A DNA stretch of 35,783 nucleotides from Octopus sinensis (GCF_006345805.1 NW_021826267.1:1-35783), one strand, 5' to 3'. Numbered from the stretch's first letter, positions 1-11,079 are shown. Notes: generated by a model not told the origin, from the sequence alone. Translations and numbers: made by a program.

Positions 1-18
1 ATATCTATCTATCTGTCT

Positions 19-62
<44 letters not shown>

Positions 63-112
63 CTATCTATCTATCTATCTATCTATCTATCAGCCTGTCT
101 ATTTATCTCTCT
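1..112. repeat. (ATCT)n microsatellite
   Basis: Direct tandem ATCT units with minor interruptions. Confidence 0.95.
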
Positions 113-259
113 CTGCACAAATATCCGTAGAAACACACACACGCGCGCGTGCGTATGTCATTATCCAGTTTTATTTCAAGATTTCTCGACAAAACAGAGC
201 CTGCTTCTAACCTAGATCCAGGGCTCCTTTATTGAAATTTCAAAATCAACAACAAGGTT

Positions 260-265
260 TGTATG

Positions 266-299
<34 letters not shown>

Positions 300-337
300 T
301 GTATGTATGTATGTATGTATGTATGTATGTATGTATG
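260..337. repeat. (TATG)n microsatellite
   Basis: Tandem TATG; source of the MYVC-repeat ORF 232..516. Confidence 0.95.
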
Positions 338-970
338 TGAGCATATTTGTACGTTTTGTTTCATGTAAGCCTTCTCATGCATATACTTGCATATCTAGAC
401 ATGCTCATATATACTTAAATGCATTTATGTACGTATGTATTTATGTATGCATACACGCATGCGCTGCGGTGATGTTATTGCACAATAACGTGTACAAAAG
501 GTCAATATCAGTGTAATGTAAATATTTAGATAAAACTACAAAAGTCTCGCTATAACAATTTACTGTAATTTTGTCGGTCGAATTTTCAGAATTAAAAGAA
601 ACAGAAGAATTATTTTATATTATACATAATAAAGTTTATCAGTTGAAGAACAAGGAGAGAGAAAAATAAGTAGAGGAGGAAGGCAAACGAGAGAAAAGAT
701 GTGTAGAAATGTAAGCAATAAACCATTGAGATATTAAAAGTTTAACTTAGAGAAAAAAGGTGGATGGTTAGAAAAGAATCAACAGCTTTTGTGAAGTTAT
801 ATGAGTGAGGAAGACATTGTTTAGGGAGGAGAAATCACTATCAGTAACTGCTTTCATATTTTTGGTATGATATATTTTCAAGATTCTAAACAATCGCTTG
901 AAAATTAAAATATTAAAAGAATCAGGAATATTTAAAGTTGTCATCAAAGCTATTTCAATAGAAATTGGTA

Positions 971-1792
971 TATGCATATATTTTATTATTACACTATTGT
1001 ATGACTGAGCGCACTCGCGTCGATTCGATTCGATTCGTTTCGTTTCTTCTTGTCCAAGTACTGTTTTTATATATAATTATGACGCGAAACACTATACCTC
1101 TTTGCTTTACCTTCCCTTCTTTCCCTATCTCTCTCTCTCTCACTCCTCCTCATCTATCTCTCAGACGCTTGTCTTCCTCTATCTCTCTCTCTCTCTCACT
1201 CCTCTTCATCTCTCTCACAGCCAGCCAACTACTTCCTTTTACATGCGGCCTCCTAACTGTAAACACACGGTTTTTCTTGCGCTCTCCAGAATCTTCCTCG
1301 TCTAGGCCCCAAAAAGGCCCTTTTCGTTTGTTTTCTTGTTTGTTTTTATATCTCGTATTGTATTTTTTTGTAATTGTATTTTTATTTTGTATTTTATTTT
1401 GTATTTTATTTGTATCGTTTTTACGTCCTGTTTGTGTTACATTTTTTTCTTTCTTTGTTTTTACCCCTCTGCGAAGTAATTTTATTTAATTCTTTCGCAG
1501 GAAGGGCTAGTTCGACGAGTCGTGTTCTGTCCTCACCTTCGAAATACGCTGAAGTTGAACTAGGGACAGCTGATGAAGGGGATTTTTCCTTGTGTAGTTT
1601 GTCTTGTACTCTGTTTTTCGTAGTAAAAAAGTGTCTGTTCCATGCTTGTTTTTACGTTTTCGTTTCTCGTTGAGTTCTAGGTCTATTTGTGGTGTCCTGT
1701 ACTCACGTATATATATTTATATATGCATGTATATATACATGTAGATGTATGTACATAGATATATGTATGCATATATTTTATTTATTACACTA
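971..1792 (+). mobile_element. Non-coding hammerhead-bearing retroelement (Penelope-like/retrozyme-like), copy 1
   Basis: Bounded by a 26/27-nt direct repeat (971-996, 1766-1792). Contains hairpin 1465-1506, a permuted hammerhead 1521-1581 and the 3' motif GTCCTGTAC-CA..TATATGCATGTATATA shared with 8660-9005(-). No real ORF. Confidence 0.6.
1521..1581 (+). ncRNA. Hammerhead ribozyme, non-circularly permuted strand order (predicted)
   Basis: Stem III CGTGT(1521-25)/ATACG(1544-48); H17=T1526; stem I CTGTCC(1527-32)/GGACAG(1564-69); GAAA 1541-44; CTGATGA 1570-76; stem II CCTTC(1536-40)/AGGGG(1577-81). Confidence 0.7.
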
Positions 1793-1811
1793 CATATATA
1801 TATATATATAT

Positions 1812-2213
1812 TCTTTTACTCTTTTACTTGTTTCAGTCATTTGACTGTGGCCATGCTGGAGCACCGCCTTTAATCGAGCAACTCGACCCCGGGACTTATT
1901 CTTTGTAAGCCCAGTACGTATTCTATCGGTCTCTTTTTGCCGAACCGCTAAGTGACGGGGACATTAACACACCAGCATCGGTTGTCAAGCTATGTTGGAT
2001 GGGACAAACACAAACATACACGCACATACACATATATATATACATATATACGACGGGCTTCTTTCAGTTTCCGTCTACCAAATCCACTCACAAGGCTTTG
2101 GTCGGCCCGAGGCTATAGTAGAAGACACTTGCCCAAGGTGCCACGCTGTGGGACTGAACCCGGAACCATGTGGTTGGTAAACAAGCTACTTACCACACAG
2201 CCACTCCTACGCC
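1812..2213 (-). mobile_element. tRNA-derived SINE, family A, full length
   Basis: Minus-strand head with A box TGGCTGTGTGG and B box GGTTCAGTCCC, internal (TA)/(TG) tract, (AAAAGAGT)n tail; inserted in (TA)n; closely similar to 2754-3176 and 15604-16013. Confidence 0.9.
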
Positions 2214-2217
2214 TATA

Positions 2218-2248
<31 letters not shown>

Positions 2249-2753
2249 GGTGTTATTTGAGATAGGGGAATCACTCTCATTAGCATTTCTCAGATATTTG
2301 ATCTCTTAAATGCTTTAAATTATGTTCTAAAACATTTATGTATACAAGCAGATATCAGCTCTGAATGACGATTAAGAAGAGAGAATTTTGAAAACAATAT
2401 TTCACAAATGTAAAATTCTCCCAAAACTGAGGAAAGTTTGTGATGCAAAGCACCAGATATATAAAACTGCAATATCATTAATATCAAACAAATATTTCGA
2501 TCTCATTGAAAGAATTATACGAAAGTTATCGAAATACCATTATAAAATGTAATAGTTTTCCTTGTGGGTAAGGTAATATGAATTTCAGAACCAGTAATTA
2601 ATGGGAAGATTTTTTGTCATCCGTCAAAAGGTGGTCGGAATTGATGGGTTAGCTTTCCTTTATGTCAACTTGTACAAATTTTCAAATTGTAACCAGTAAT
2701 AGGGTCGGTAATTTTACTTTGGACAATCTTCTATCAAGAATATGCATACTATA

Positions 2754-3176
2754 GGCGCAGGAGTGGCTGTGTGGTAAGTAGCTTGCTAACCAACCACATG
2801 GTTGCGGGTTCAGTCCCACTGCGTGGCATCTTGGGCAAGTGTCTTCTGCTGTAGCCCTGGGCCGACCAATGCCTTGTGAGTGGATTTGGTAGACGGAAAC
2901 TGAAAGAAGCCTGTCGTATATATGTATATATATATATATATGTATGTATGTGTGTGTTTGTGTGTCTGTGTTTGTCCCCCTAGCATTGCTTGACAACCGA
3001 TGCTGGTGTGCTTATGTCCCCGTCACTTAGCGGTTCGGCAAAAAGAGACTAATAGAATAAGTACTGGGCTTACAAAGAATAAGTCCCGGGGACGATTTGA
3101 TCGACTAAAATGCGGTGCTCCAGCATGGCCGCAGTCAAATGACTGAAACAAGTAAAAGAGTAAAAGAGTAAAAGAG
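2754..3176 (+). mobile_element. tRNA-derived SINE, family A, full length, with 6-bp TSD
   Basis: Pol III A/B boxes, (TAAAAGAG)n tail; ACTATA duplicated at 2748-2753 and 3177-3182. Confidence 0.92.
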
Positions 3177-3654
3177 ACTATATTACCTTTTAATAAGATT
3201 TGTAATTTTAGATTTTATTTATAAAATTTGTTTTATGTTGTTTATGTCTGAAATACTGGTTTGTAATGCTAAAAGTTGTAGTTATTCCCAATATCTAAAC
3301 CGGTTGCTATTATACTTTGAGTTTATACGTAGATGTTATTTAAAATGATTAAAGTTCGTTTTTTCATGTAAGTGTGGGTAATTCAAGTTATATAGGTTTC
3401 ATAAAGTTTTTAATCTTTGTTGAATATTATATAAAGTTGTTAGAAGTAAACGTTTATGATTCCAGATTTTTCCAGAATTGGTTTGTGGTATCTCTCGATG
3501 TTTTATTCAGCTCATATTGTCAAGTATACATAAACGGCTTATAATGCTAAATCATTTTACATCATTTATCAGATTAAATAACTGAGAATTGTTAACGTGA
3601 GCGATTTCTCCTTCTCAAATAATATATTGATTACAATTTCATATATAACTTATT

Positions 3655-3884
3655 CTTTTCTTTTCTTTTTCTTTTTCGACCAGACCATCAGATGTTGTTA
3701 CACATCGCTGGTCACAATGCGTTCGCATTGTTTTAGCCTTTGAATGACGCCACCCCGCTGGCTAAGCGAGCAGGCCAACAGAAGAAAGAGTGGTGAAAGA
3801 GTACAGCAGGGATCACCACCCCCTGCCGGAGCCTCGTGGAGCTTTTAAGTGTTTTCGCTCAATAAACACACACAAAGCCTCCAC
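3655..3884 (-). mobile_element. 5'-truncated SINE-like retroposon with 12-bp TSD
   Basis: ATATAACTTATT at 3643-3654 and 3885-3896; (GAAAA)n tail on the minus strand; GC-richer body than its flanks. Confidence 0.8.
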
Positions 3885-4282
3885 ATATAACTTATTATTT
3901 TGCGATATTTTTAAATACTTTATTCTTAATATTAAGGATTCTTTGGATAATCTTCAATGCATTAAGCCAAAGCAATAAAAGAAGTTGAATGATTTCTCCT
4001 TCCTAACGAACAGTTATGATGTACGAAAAATTCCCTTTATACCAGTGATTTCTTTCTAAGCAACCATTTGTTTCTCACTGTTTAATCATTGAGCATCTTA
4101 TGAACACTGTTGATAATTTCTCTTCCTCAACGTTCTTTTCTCTCGAATATTTCTCTCTCAATCCTCCTAAAATCCTAATCTTTATTATACAAACAATATT
4201 TATTTTAGCGTTCATCACGATAAGTCTGAAGGTTGAACCGATGAATCTACAATAAGTTATAAACCGGAAATTTCTTTTCTGA

Positions 4283-4468
4283 TGACGCCGGGCGAAATGC
4301 TTAGCGTTACTTCGTCTGTCTTTACGTTCTGAGTTCAAATCCGCCGAGGTCGACTTTGCCTTTCATCCTTCGGGAGTCGATAAAATAAATACCAGTTGCA
4401 TACTGGGGACGATCTAACCGACTGGCCCCCTCCCCTCAAATTTCGGGCCTTGTGCCTAGAGCAGAAAA
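4283..4468 (+). mobile_element. SINE family B, 5'-truncated monomer
   Basis: B-box-like GAGTTCAAATCC followed by GTCGACTTTGCCTTTCATCCTT..GTCGATAAAATAA.TACCAG core, also at about 16058, 19505 and 35492. Core resembles the MetaSINE-type conserved domain (from memory, unverified). Confidence 0.85.
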
Positions 4469-5522
4469 GTATATATGTATTTGTAAAAGTATGTATAGTA
4501 TGTCAGAATGTGTTTGTCAGATTGTATATGCGTGCATATAGTTTCCCTGGGGTCATGTATGATGCATGTGCGTGTGTTTTATGTGTTCAAGTGTGTAGGT
4601 CGTATGTTCGAGTGCATATGTATGTGTGTATATCGTGATTGGGTGTATATGAATCTGTGTGCGAAGTGTGACCAAATGTATGTGTATCTGAGCTGTAATG
4701 TGTTCGAACGTAAGTGTACCTGTGTATTTATTCTGTTCGTGCGTAGAAGTATTTCTGCGTGAGTTGAACGTAAAGTTAATGTCTAGGTGTCCACTGAGAA
4801 TACCTCTGTGGTTAAAATATTGCGCAATAGGACCAAATCCAATATCATATCACTACCATGTAAATTTGAACTTTGATCCTTTTGTGTAGCTTATTGGTCA
4901 ACGGCTTTTGTCAAAACTTTTGGTCAATCCAAGCCTGTGGGTGAAATTTGGAAGACGAAAGCAGTAAAAACGTGTTCATGGGACCTTCTTGCTCGTAATT
5001 GGTAGTTTTAAATGCACTGGGCTATTTAACACCACCGTATAGTTGATGGGTGACCCTTACTATATTCCACTGTGTTGCAAGTATTCGACTTAAGCCTCTG
5101 GACAGAGATTAACTTCTCTACTTCCCAGTAGCCTTGGAGACTCTGAAAATGTTCATGGGTGTGCTGTCCTTTCTCTTTTGCTTAAAAAATTTGAATATAT
5201 CAATAAGATTGTAGTAAACATTGATGTATATGAATGCGCACAGTCAGGATAGTATTACATAATTCAAGTTATACACTCATAAAGTATATAAATTTAAGGA
5301 AGTATTAGGTTTGAGAGAGCTAACGTGGATCCAATATTCCATTGTATGCTGCTGACGTTATAAGAATTTGGAAGGCGAAAGCAGTCATAAGAATTGAGAA
5401 ACTTAGGGACCGAGGAATAATTCTGTTTTGGAACACTGGATCTTGAAGCAGAATCTTGAAGCAGATAATATAAATAATAGCGTGTAAATATGAAGTTAGA
5501 TAACCCTTATTATAAAAACAAG

Positions 5523-5597
5523 TCGAAGGCTGTCCGTGGGACTCGAACCCACATACTTACAAGGAATATGGCTTCGAATCACACGGGTAGTCTTCGA
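5523..5597. repeat. Imperfect 75-nt inverted repeat (hairpin) with a Pol III B box
   Basis: TCGAAGGCTGTCCGTGGGACTCGAA pairs with TTCGAATCACACGGGTAGTCTTCGA; the left arm reads GGTTCGAGTCC on the minus strand. Confidence 0.75.
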
Positions 5598-5866
5598 TCG
5601 TAAAGTCGTGCGTTCGATTTTCGGTTATACGTTGTGTCCTTGATCAAGACACTTTATTTTACGTTGCTTCAGTCAACTCTGCTGGCAAAAAATGAGTTGT
5701 ACATGCAACTCAAATGGCCACGCTGAATCGCCGAGTCTCCCTGAGAACTACGTAAAGGGTACACGTGTCTGTGGAATGCTCAACTACTTGCACGTTAATT
5801 TCACGACTAGACTGTTCCGTTGATAGGGTCAAGTGGAACCCTTGTCGTTGTAACCGAAGGAGTGCA
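5598..5866 (+). mobile_element. Degenerate tRNA-SINE, third family
   Basis: B-box remnant GTTCGATT followed by GTTGTGTCCTTGA.CAAGACACTTTA, typical of a SINE post-tRNA region. Confidence 0.55.
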
Positions 5867-7435
5867 GTTACTTGTAATATTTCTAACGGTCTTACAAGAA
5901 GAAAAAGTAAAGCATACTCGGGCTAAATTTGAACGCTGAACGTAGACGTACGCAACTAAATACCTATAGGCATTCTCTTCACCCTCTACTGATTCTGCCC
6001 ATTCATCATTTTTTTGTTACCTCAAAATATATCCCATGTAATACAATTATTTTTTTTTTCCCTATTCGTCTCTCTTAGAATATTTTATGCCTTTTATTTA
6101 TATTTCTATGATTTGAATGTTTTCCTTTCCATTTATTTATTGAGTTTATTTATTGCGTTTCCATACAAAAACATTCGCCCCTCCCTTTCATCTACATTAA
6201 AATTTCGATTGATATAATTGAAAATAATGATTGTGTGAAAACAATTAAATTTGTCGCCTTACTTTTATATTTAAATTGCATGTATTTCAATTTCCTGGTT
6301 AAACAATTCACCATCTGTTTCATTTTTATACATTATCGTAACATTATTCTTTGCACACGCAAATATAGTCAAACACACACGCATGCACACGGTCGCGTAC
6401 ACATACGCAGTGACACACAAACAAACACACACACACACACATACATACATATAGGCATACATACATACATACGTACATATACACATTCAGTCACGCGCAC
6501 ATGCACACAGTCATAAACAAGCACACGCATATAAAAACACGACGTAAACATACACGCTCATGCAGACACATACTACACACGTATACACACACATGCATAT
6601 ACACGCATACATAAACACACACACACATATAGTACATGAACATTTTAATATAAAATATGTAATTAGACACACGCATACATAGACTTGTATATATATATGC
6701 ATATATATGTGTGTGCAATGTTGCGACGTATGTGCAAATTTATGCATTATTTTCATTTATTATTTATGCTTACGTCCCCAACCTTTACACCACACATTCC
6801 TCATCAATTGTTTGACCTATTAAATTGTTGTAATATTTTCAGGTTTCCTTATTGTATAATATTTTCTTTATTTTAATATATTATTTGGAATTCGGTCAAA
6901 ATATATGCACTGGCTGTATAGTACGTGGGTCCACAGGGAGATTACATTTTGCAGGCTAACTGTTAAGAGTTGAAACTCCGGCGAGGTTTCAGATACATTA
7001 AGCAATACACTCCTTTTACGATAACCTCTTGTACCTCTGAAAGACGAGCCCTCTTCGGATTCTTTCGGGAAAATAATTTTAGCATAGAGAGCCAAATAAA
7101 AGCAACTTTTTCACGGTACTTATTTCACATGATTCGCCATTGAACGTACTCATATGTAAATTAGTAATGGAAATAACTGTATACGAATGGCATTTATAGG
7201 CAGTCATATGCTATTGATTATCCCTGTAGGATTGACGAAGTAAATGTTCTTGACGATATGAGAAACTCGTCGAGTTGGGTCTTTGTTTGGTTTTTTGAGA
7301 GGGAGGGAAAGAGAGACAAAAAGAAAAAAAGAAGGAAAGAGAGAGAGAGAGACTATGATTAACTACTTGGGCTATTGGCACCCATGTAGATTTACTCATA
7401 AATTATTCCCAAATAATATGCTTCTGTTTTTTAAT

Positions 7436-7486
<51 letters not shown>

Positions 7487-7580
7487 GCGTGTGTGTGTAT
7501 GCGTGCGTGTGTATATATTATATATATAATATAAATAAATCAATCTATATATATGCATGTGTATATATATATATAATATA

Positions 7581-8148
7581 CTAGCAGCGAAGCCCGGTTT
7601 CACCCGGTCTGTTTGGATGATGTTGCTGTGATCGTTTTCGGTTTGGCATAATCTATAACAGCGTTTCTCAACCTTATCATTTCGGATCCCCTGTTTCGAT
7701 TGGAGATTCCAGCTGTATGAAAATTTCCTGACTCCCCACTCCACCTTGTGAGGAAACAGCTTCAGGCGTTGTGAAGGACGAATTTGTACGTAGTCTGTTT
7801 CTGAGAGCTATTCTATTGAACCTCTTCCTAATCATTAAAACATTGATTTAATTATGAACATAGAAACCCTATACATGAATCCCTATTTTTGTAAGCAGTT
7901 GTATCCGTAAAACTTTTATTTGCAGAGAGCAGAAATTGAAAGAAGATATATGAAATGGACGTGTGCATATGTGTGTGTGTGTGTGTATGTGTGCGTGCTT
8001 GTGCGTGCGTGTGTATGTGAGAGAGAAAGAGGGTGAGAAATAGAGATAAAGTGAGTGAGTGAAGGTGTGTGTCGTGATGATTGAGGTCTTTTAAGGTACA
8101 CGTACATACATAGAAAATGTCACAGTATAAAATTTTTACAATAGTTGA
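7581..8148 (-). mobile_element. Non-autonomous Helitron
   Basis: On the minus strand starts A|TC (8149|8148) and ends in hairpin CCGGGTGAAACCGGG plus CTAG|T (7584-7581); no TSD; internal microsatellite. The 5' end placement is less certain than the 3' end. Confidence 0.65.
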
Positions 8149-8659
8149 TTTATGGAAAAGATTATGTTAAATTTTTGAAATGCAAATATTTGAATGAAAA
8201 TTAAATTCAGACCTCTACATGGTAGCTAGACCTGATAGGAATAGCACCCTACTGTCCTAATCCGACAATTCTGCCTATTATGTAGTTTGGATTAGAAACT
8301 GTAACTAAAGATTAAGATTATTAACCCCACAAAGTGTTGAAAGAAGAGAGACAGCACAGCAAAAGTTTTCGCTGACTGTCATCCTGTACTCCCCTTGTTG
8401 TTAGCGAAATGGTATATGCCAGCTGTGTGAGCAACTGGTGGTTTTTTAATGGCGGGAACAAACAGGGAATTCCATTAGAAAAGTTTTAATCCATTTTCTC
8501 TGTAAGTATGGGGGCTATGAAAAAACTTCTAACCGCATTTCAATGTATGCACCCGTCTACACATGTGTGCCATTTTTCACGTGAATCCACCCAACCGTTT
8601 GGCTGTGAACCTCAAGACAAGAAAGAATACAACGATCGCCCATGTTTAATTTATATTAT

Positions 8660-9005
8660 AAATATATATACATGCATATATGGGTACAGGACGTTACCAA
8701 CTGTGCAAATAACATGAAATACGTAACCAACGACAAAAATGGAAAACAGGACAAGTAAACATAGAAAAAGGACCCTCCATCAGTTGTCGGCTGTCTATCT
8801 ACTCCTCATTTCGAGCCTTCAACGACAATATGAGTCATCAAAGATAGTTACCCCCATAAAATCTAAAATAATATTTAGGATTTATAGAGGGTCAGAGTCG
8901 GGAACAAATACATAACAGTGTAGACATACAAAGAGATCGAATGAAAACAAACATGGAGGGTGTTAGACGATAGAAGAGAAAGAGAAATAAAACGTCCGCT
9001 CTTAC
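8660..9005 (-). mobile_element. Non-coding hammerhead-bearing element, divergent copy 2 (5'-truncated)
   Basis: Same module order as 971-1792: T-rich tract, hairpin 8850-8892, permuted hammerhead, T-rich tract, GTCCTGTACCCATATATGCATGTATATA end. Confidence 0.6.
8771..8834 (-). ncRNA. Hammerhead ribozyme, non-circularly permuted, with A9G core change
   Basis: Minus strand reads CTCAT-A-TTGTCG-ttgaa-GGCTC-GAA-ATGAG-15 nt-CGACAA-CTGATGG-A-GGGTC; stems I and III are perfect Watson-Crick. Confidence 0.65.
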
Positions 9006-9068
9006 ATACATACATACATACACACATACATACATACACACTCATACATACATATATACATACATACA

Positions 9069-9104
<36 letters not shown>

Positions 9105-9974
9105 TATATACACATATATATATGTGTGTGTGTGTGTGTGTGTATATATATACCGATATATGTATGTATGTATATATGTATGTATCACAGTATCAGAGTA
9201 TCGAACAGACTATCAGTTCAGAATCTGTTATACACCGCTGGTTACAATGTACTTTCAATTCTGTCTAGATTGTGCCATTCTTTCCCACCTTCATCCGAAT
9301 TGCTAGAGTAAATCGTGATTTCATCGCCGTGGAGGCTTTCCAAGTGGTCTTTTCCGATCTCTTGGATACAATTCAGCTACGATATGGGTCCACCTGTTGT
9401 TTGTGAACTTTATAACATGCCCAGTACAGCAGAACTTGTGATATAGTTAATCTCTGATTACATCTTCCACTCTACTCGTAAACTATATACATACATACAT
9501 ACATACATACACACACGTATACACATGCGTGCACACACATACATACACAAACAAATACCTAGTTTACAGTTCCAATATAGATAGGATCAACAAAAATATA
9601 CTCTATACAGTAAGAGATAAATATCCTTTAATATACACAATTATACAAGGGTTACTAATAGTTCCATGCTTTAAGATACATTAAATTGGCATATTTACAT
9701 AACATACTATAGATATATATCCCTAAGCAATCTTTCAAGCTCAGTTCATAACGCTAGATGTATTTATACACCCAGGACACTGGTCAATGAGAAAACATGA
9801 GAAAAATGAGAAGAATACGCGAAGAAGGTTGATGCAGAAAACGAAACTAAAAGAAAGAAAAGTAAGAAAACCAAGATCTTTGTCTTTTTTGACTGCAGAA
9901 ACTATGGTTAATGTAGCTGGTGCAAAATAATATAAGAGAAAAGAGGCCAAATCTTGTGAGATATCCAGTCAGTC

Positions 9975-10202
9975 CGGAGCAGTCAGTCACTTCGACGAAA
10001 GATATTCCTCATTGTTCTTGCATTTGCTGAAAATTTCGGATCTCGAATTAAGTAGTGTAGCTGAATTCTTAGACCAGAAAAGAGTGTGTGATCGTTCAGC
10101 TACGTATAATTTGCTTCGGTTTGATACACTTATATATAGCGTAGATTTCTCCACGATCTCCACTTGACTGCATATGGTGTGCTTTTGGTCTTCAATTCCC
10201 AT
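9975..10202 (-). pseudogene. Possible decayed mariner transposase N-terminus
   Basis: MGIEDQKHTICSQVEIVEKST loosely matches mariner N-terminal 'EQRxxIKFCVKLGKSA'; judged by eye only. Confidence 0.3.
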
Positions 10203-10269
10203 GCAGGACTAGTCAACTTAGCGACTTTACTTTTATCAATGGCTTTTAAAATCGCCTTCGCATATTAGT

Positions 10270-10374
10270 CGGTGCGGTGTTGTAATAGAAGACACTTGCA
10301 CAAATGCCACACAGCGGGACTGAATCCAAGTTGACGTGGTTCAAAAGCAAGTTTCTAAACCACATAGCGACGCC
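10270..10374 (-). mobile_element. SINE family A head fragment (degenerate)
   Basis: TAGAAGACACTTGC..GCCAC..GGGACTGAA matches the family A 5' region. Confidence 0.7.
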
Positions 10375-10801
10375 TCATACAAATGATATCAATCCATGCG
10401 ATTTTTTAAACCAATAAGTTATAAAGTTAACACTGAACAAGTTCCTCAGTAAGTTAGTCTAGGGAAATGATAATTAAAAATTTCATTTAATATTATATCC
10501 ATTTAACATAAATTATATGTATAACCTATCATACTGATTGATAAAAAATATGGCGTATTGAAACCACCATCACTGACTAAAATTGTATTAACTTCATTAT
10601 GATTAATTTTATTACTTTTAAAACCCAACGGTAAACGTACGAAACTTATCTGTTTTCTCTAGGATTTACAGTTTGTATGATATGTTATTTGGATTAACAG
10701 AATACTTTGAACTGATTTTCTTGCTGTTATATATTCTGTGTCAAAATTTCTGATAGAATGCTGACTTTGTACTTGCCTGCATTTCCTAAATTCCTATTCT
10801 C

Positions 10802-10803
<2 letters not shown>

Positions 10804-10833
<30 letters not shown>

Positions 10834-10895
10834 TGTATGTATGTATGTATGTATGTATGTATGTATGTATCTATGTATGTATGTATGTATGTATG

Positions 10896-10927
<32 letters not shown>

Positions 10928-10970
10928 TGTATGTATGTATGTATGTATGTATGTATGCATGTATGTATGC
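10804..10970. repeat. (TATG)n microsatellite
   Basis: Long tandem array. Confidence 0.95.
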
Positions 10971-11079
10971 ATTTATATATCTATCTTTCTATATATGTGT
11001 GTATATTTACATATAATTATAAATGGCACAGTGATTAGGGTATACATATAAATATGAATGGCACAGTAAGTAGGATATA

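Noticed and set aside
965-1673. Hydrophobic 174-aa and overlapping ORFs resembling membrane proteins
   Set aside because: Result of T/C-rich low-complexity sequence inside the non-coding element.
2754-2830. tRNA gene
   Set aside because: A/B boxes are present but it is a SINE head continuing into body and tail; no complete cloverleaf was found.
1952-2996. Recurrent peptides (YDGLLSVSVYQIHSQG, EDTCPRCHAVGLNPEP) suggesting a gene family
   Set aside because: Antisense translations of SINE family A copies.
5349-5390. CTGACG...CGAAAGCAG as another hammerhead
   Set aside because: Box is CTGACGT rather than CTGANGA, there is no stem II, and the GAAA part copies a SINE remnant at 4945-4965.
6868-7095. 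75-aa minus ORF, possible exon, and CCGAAGA/GAAA motif
   Set aside because: No recognisable domain, no consistent splice pair, and no complete set of hammerhead stems.
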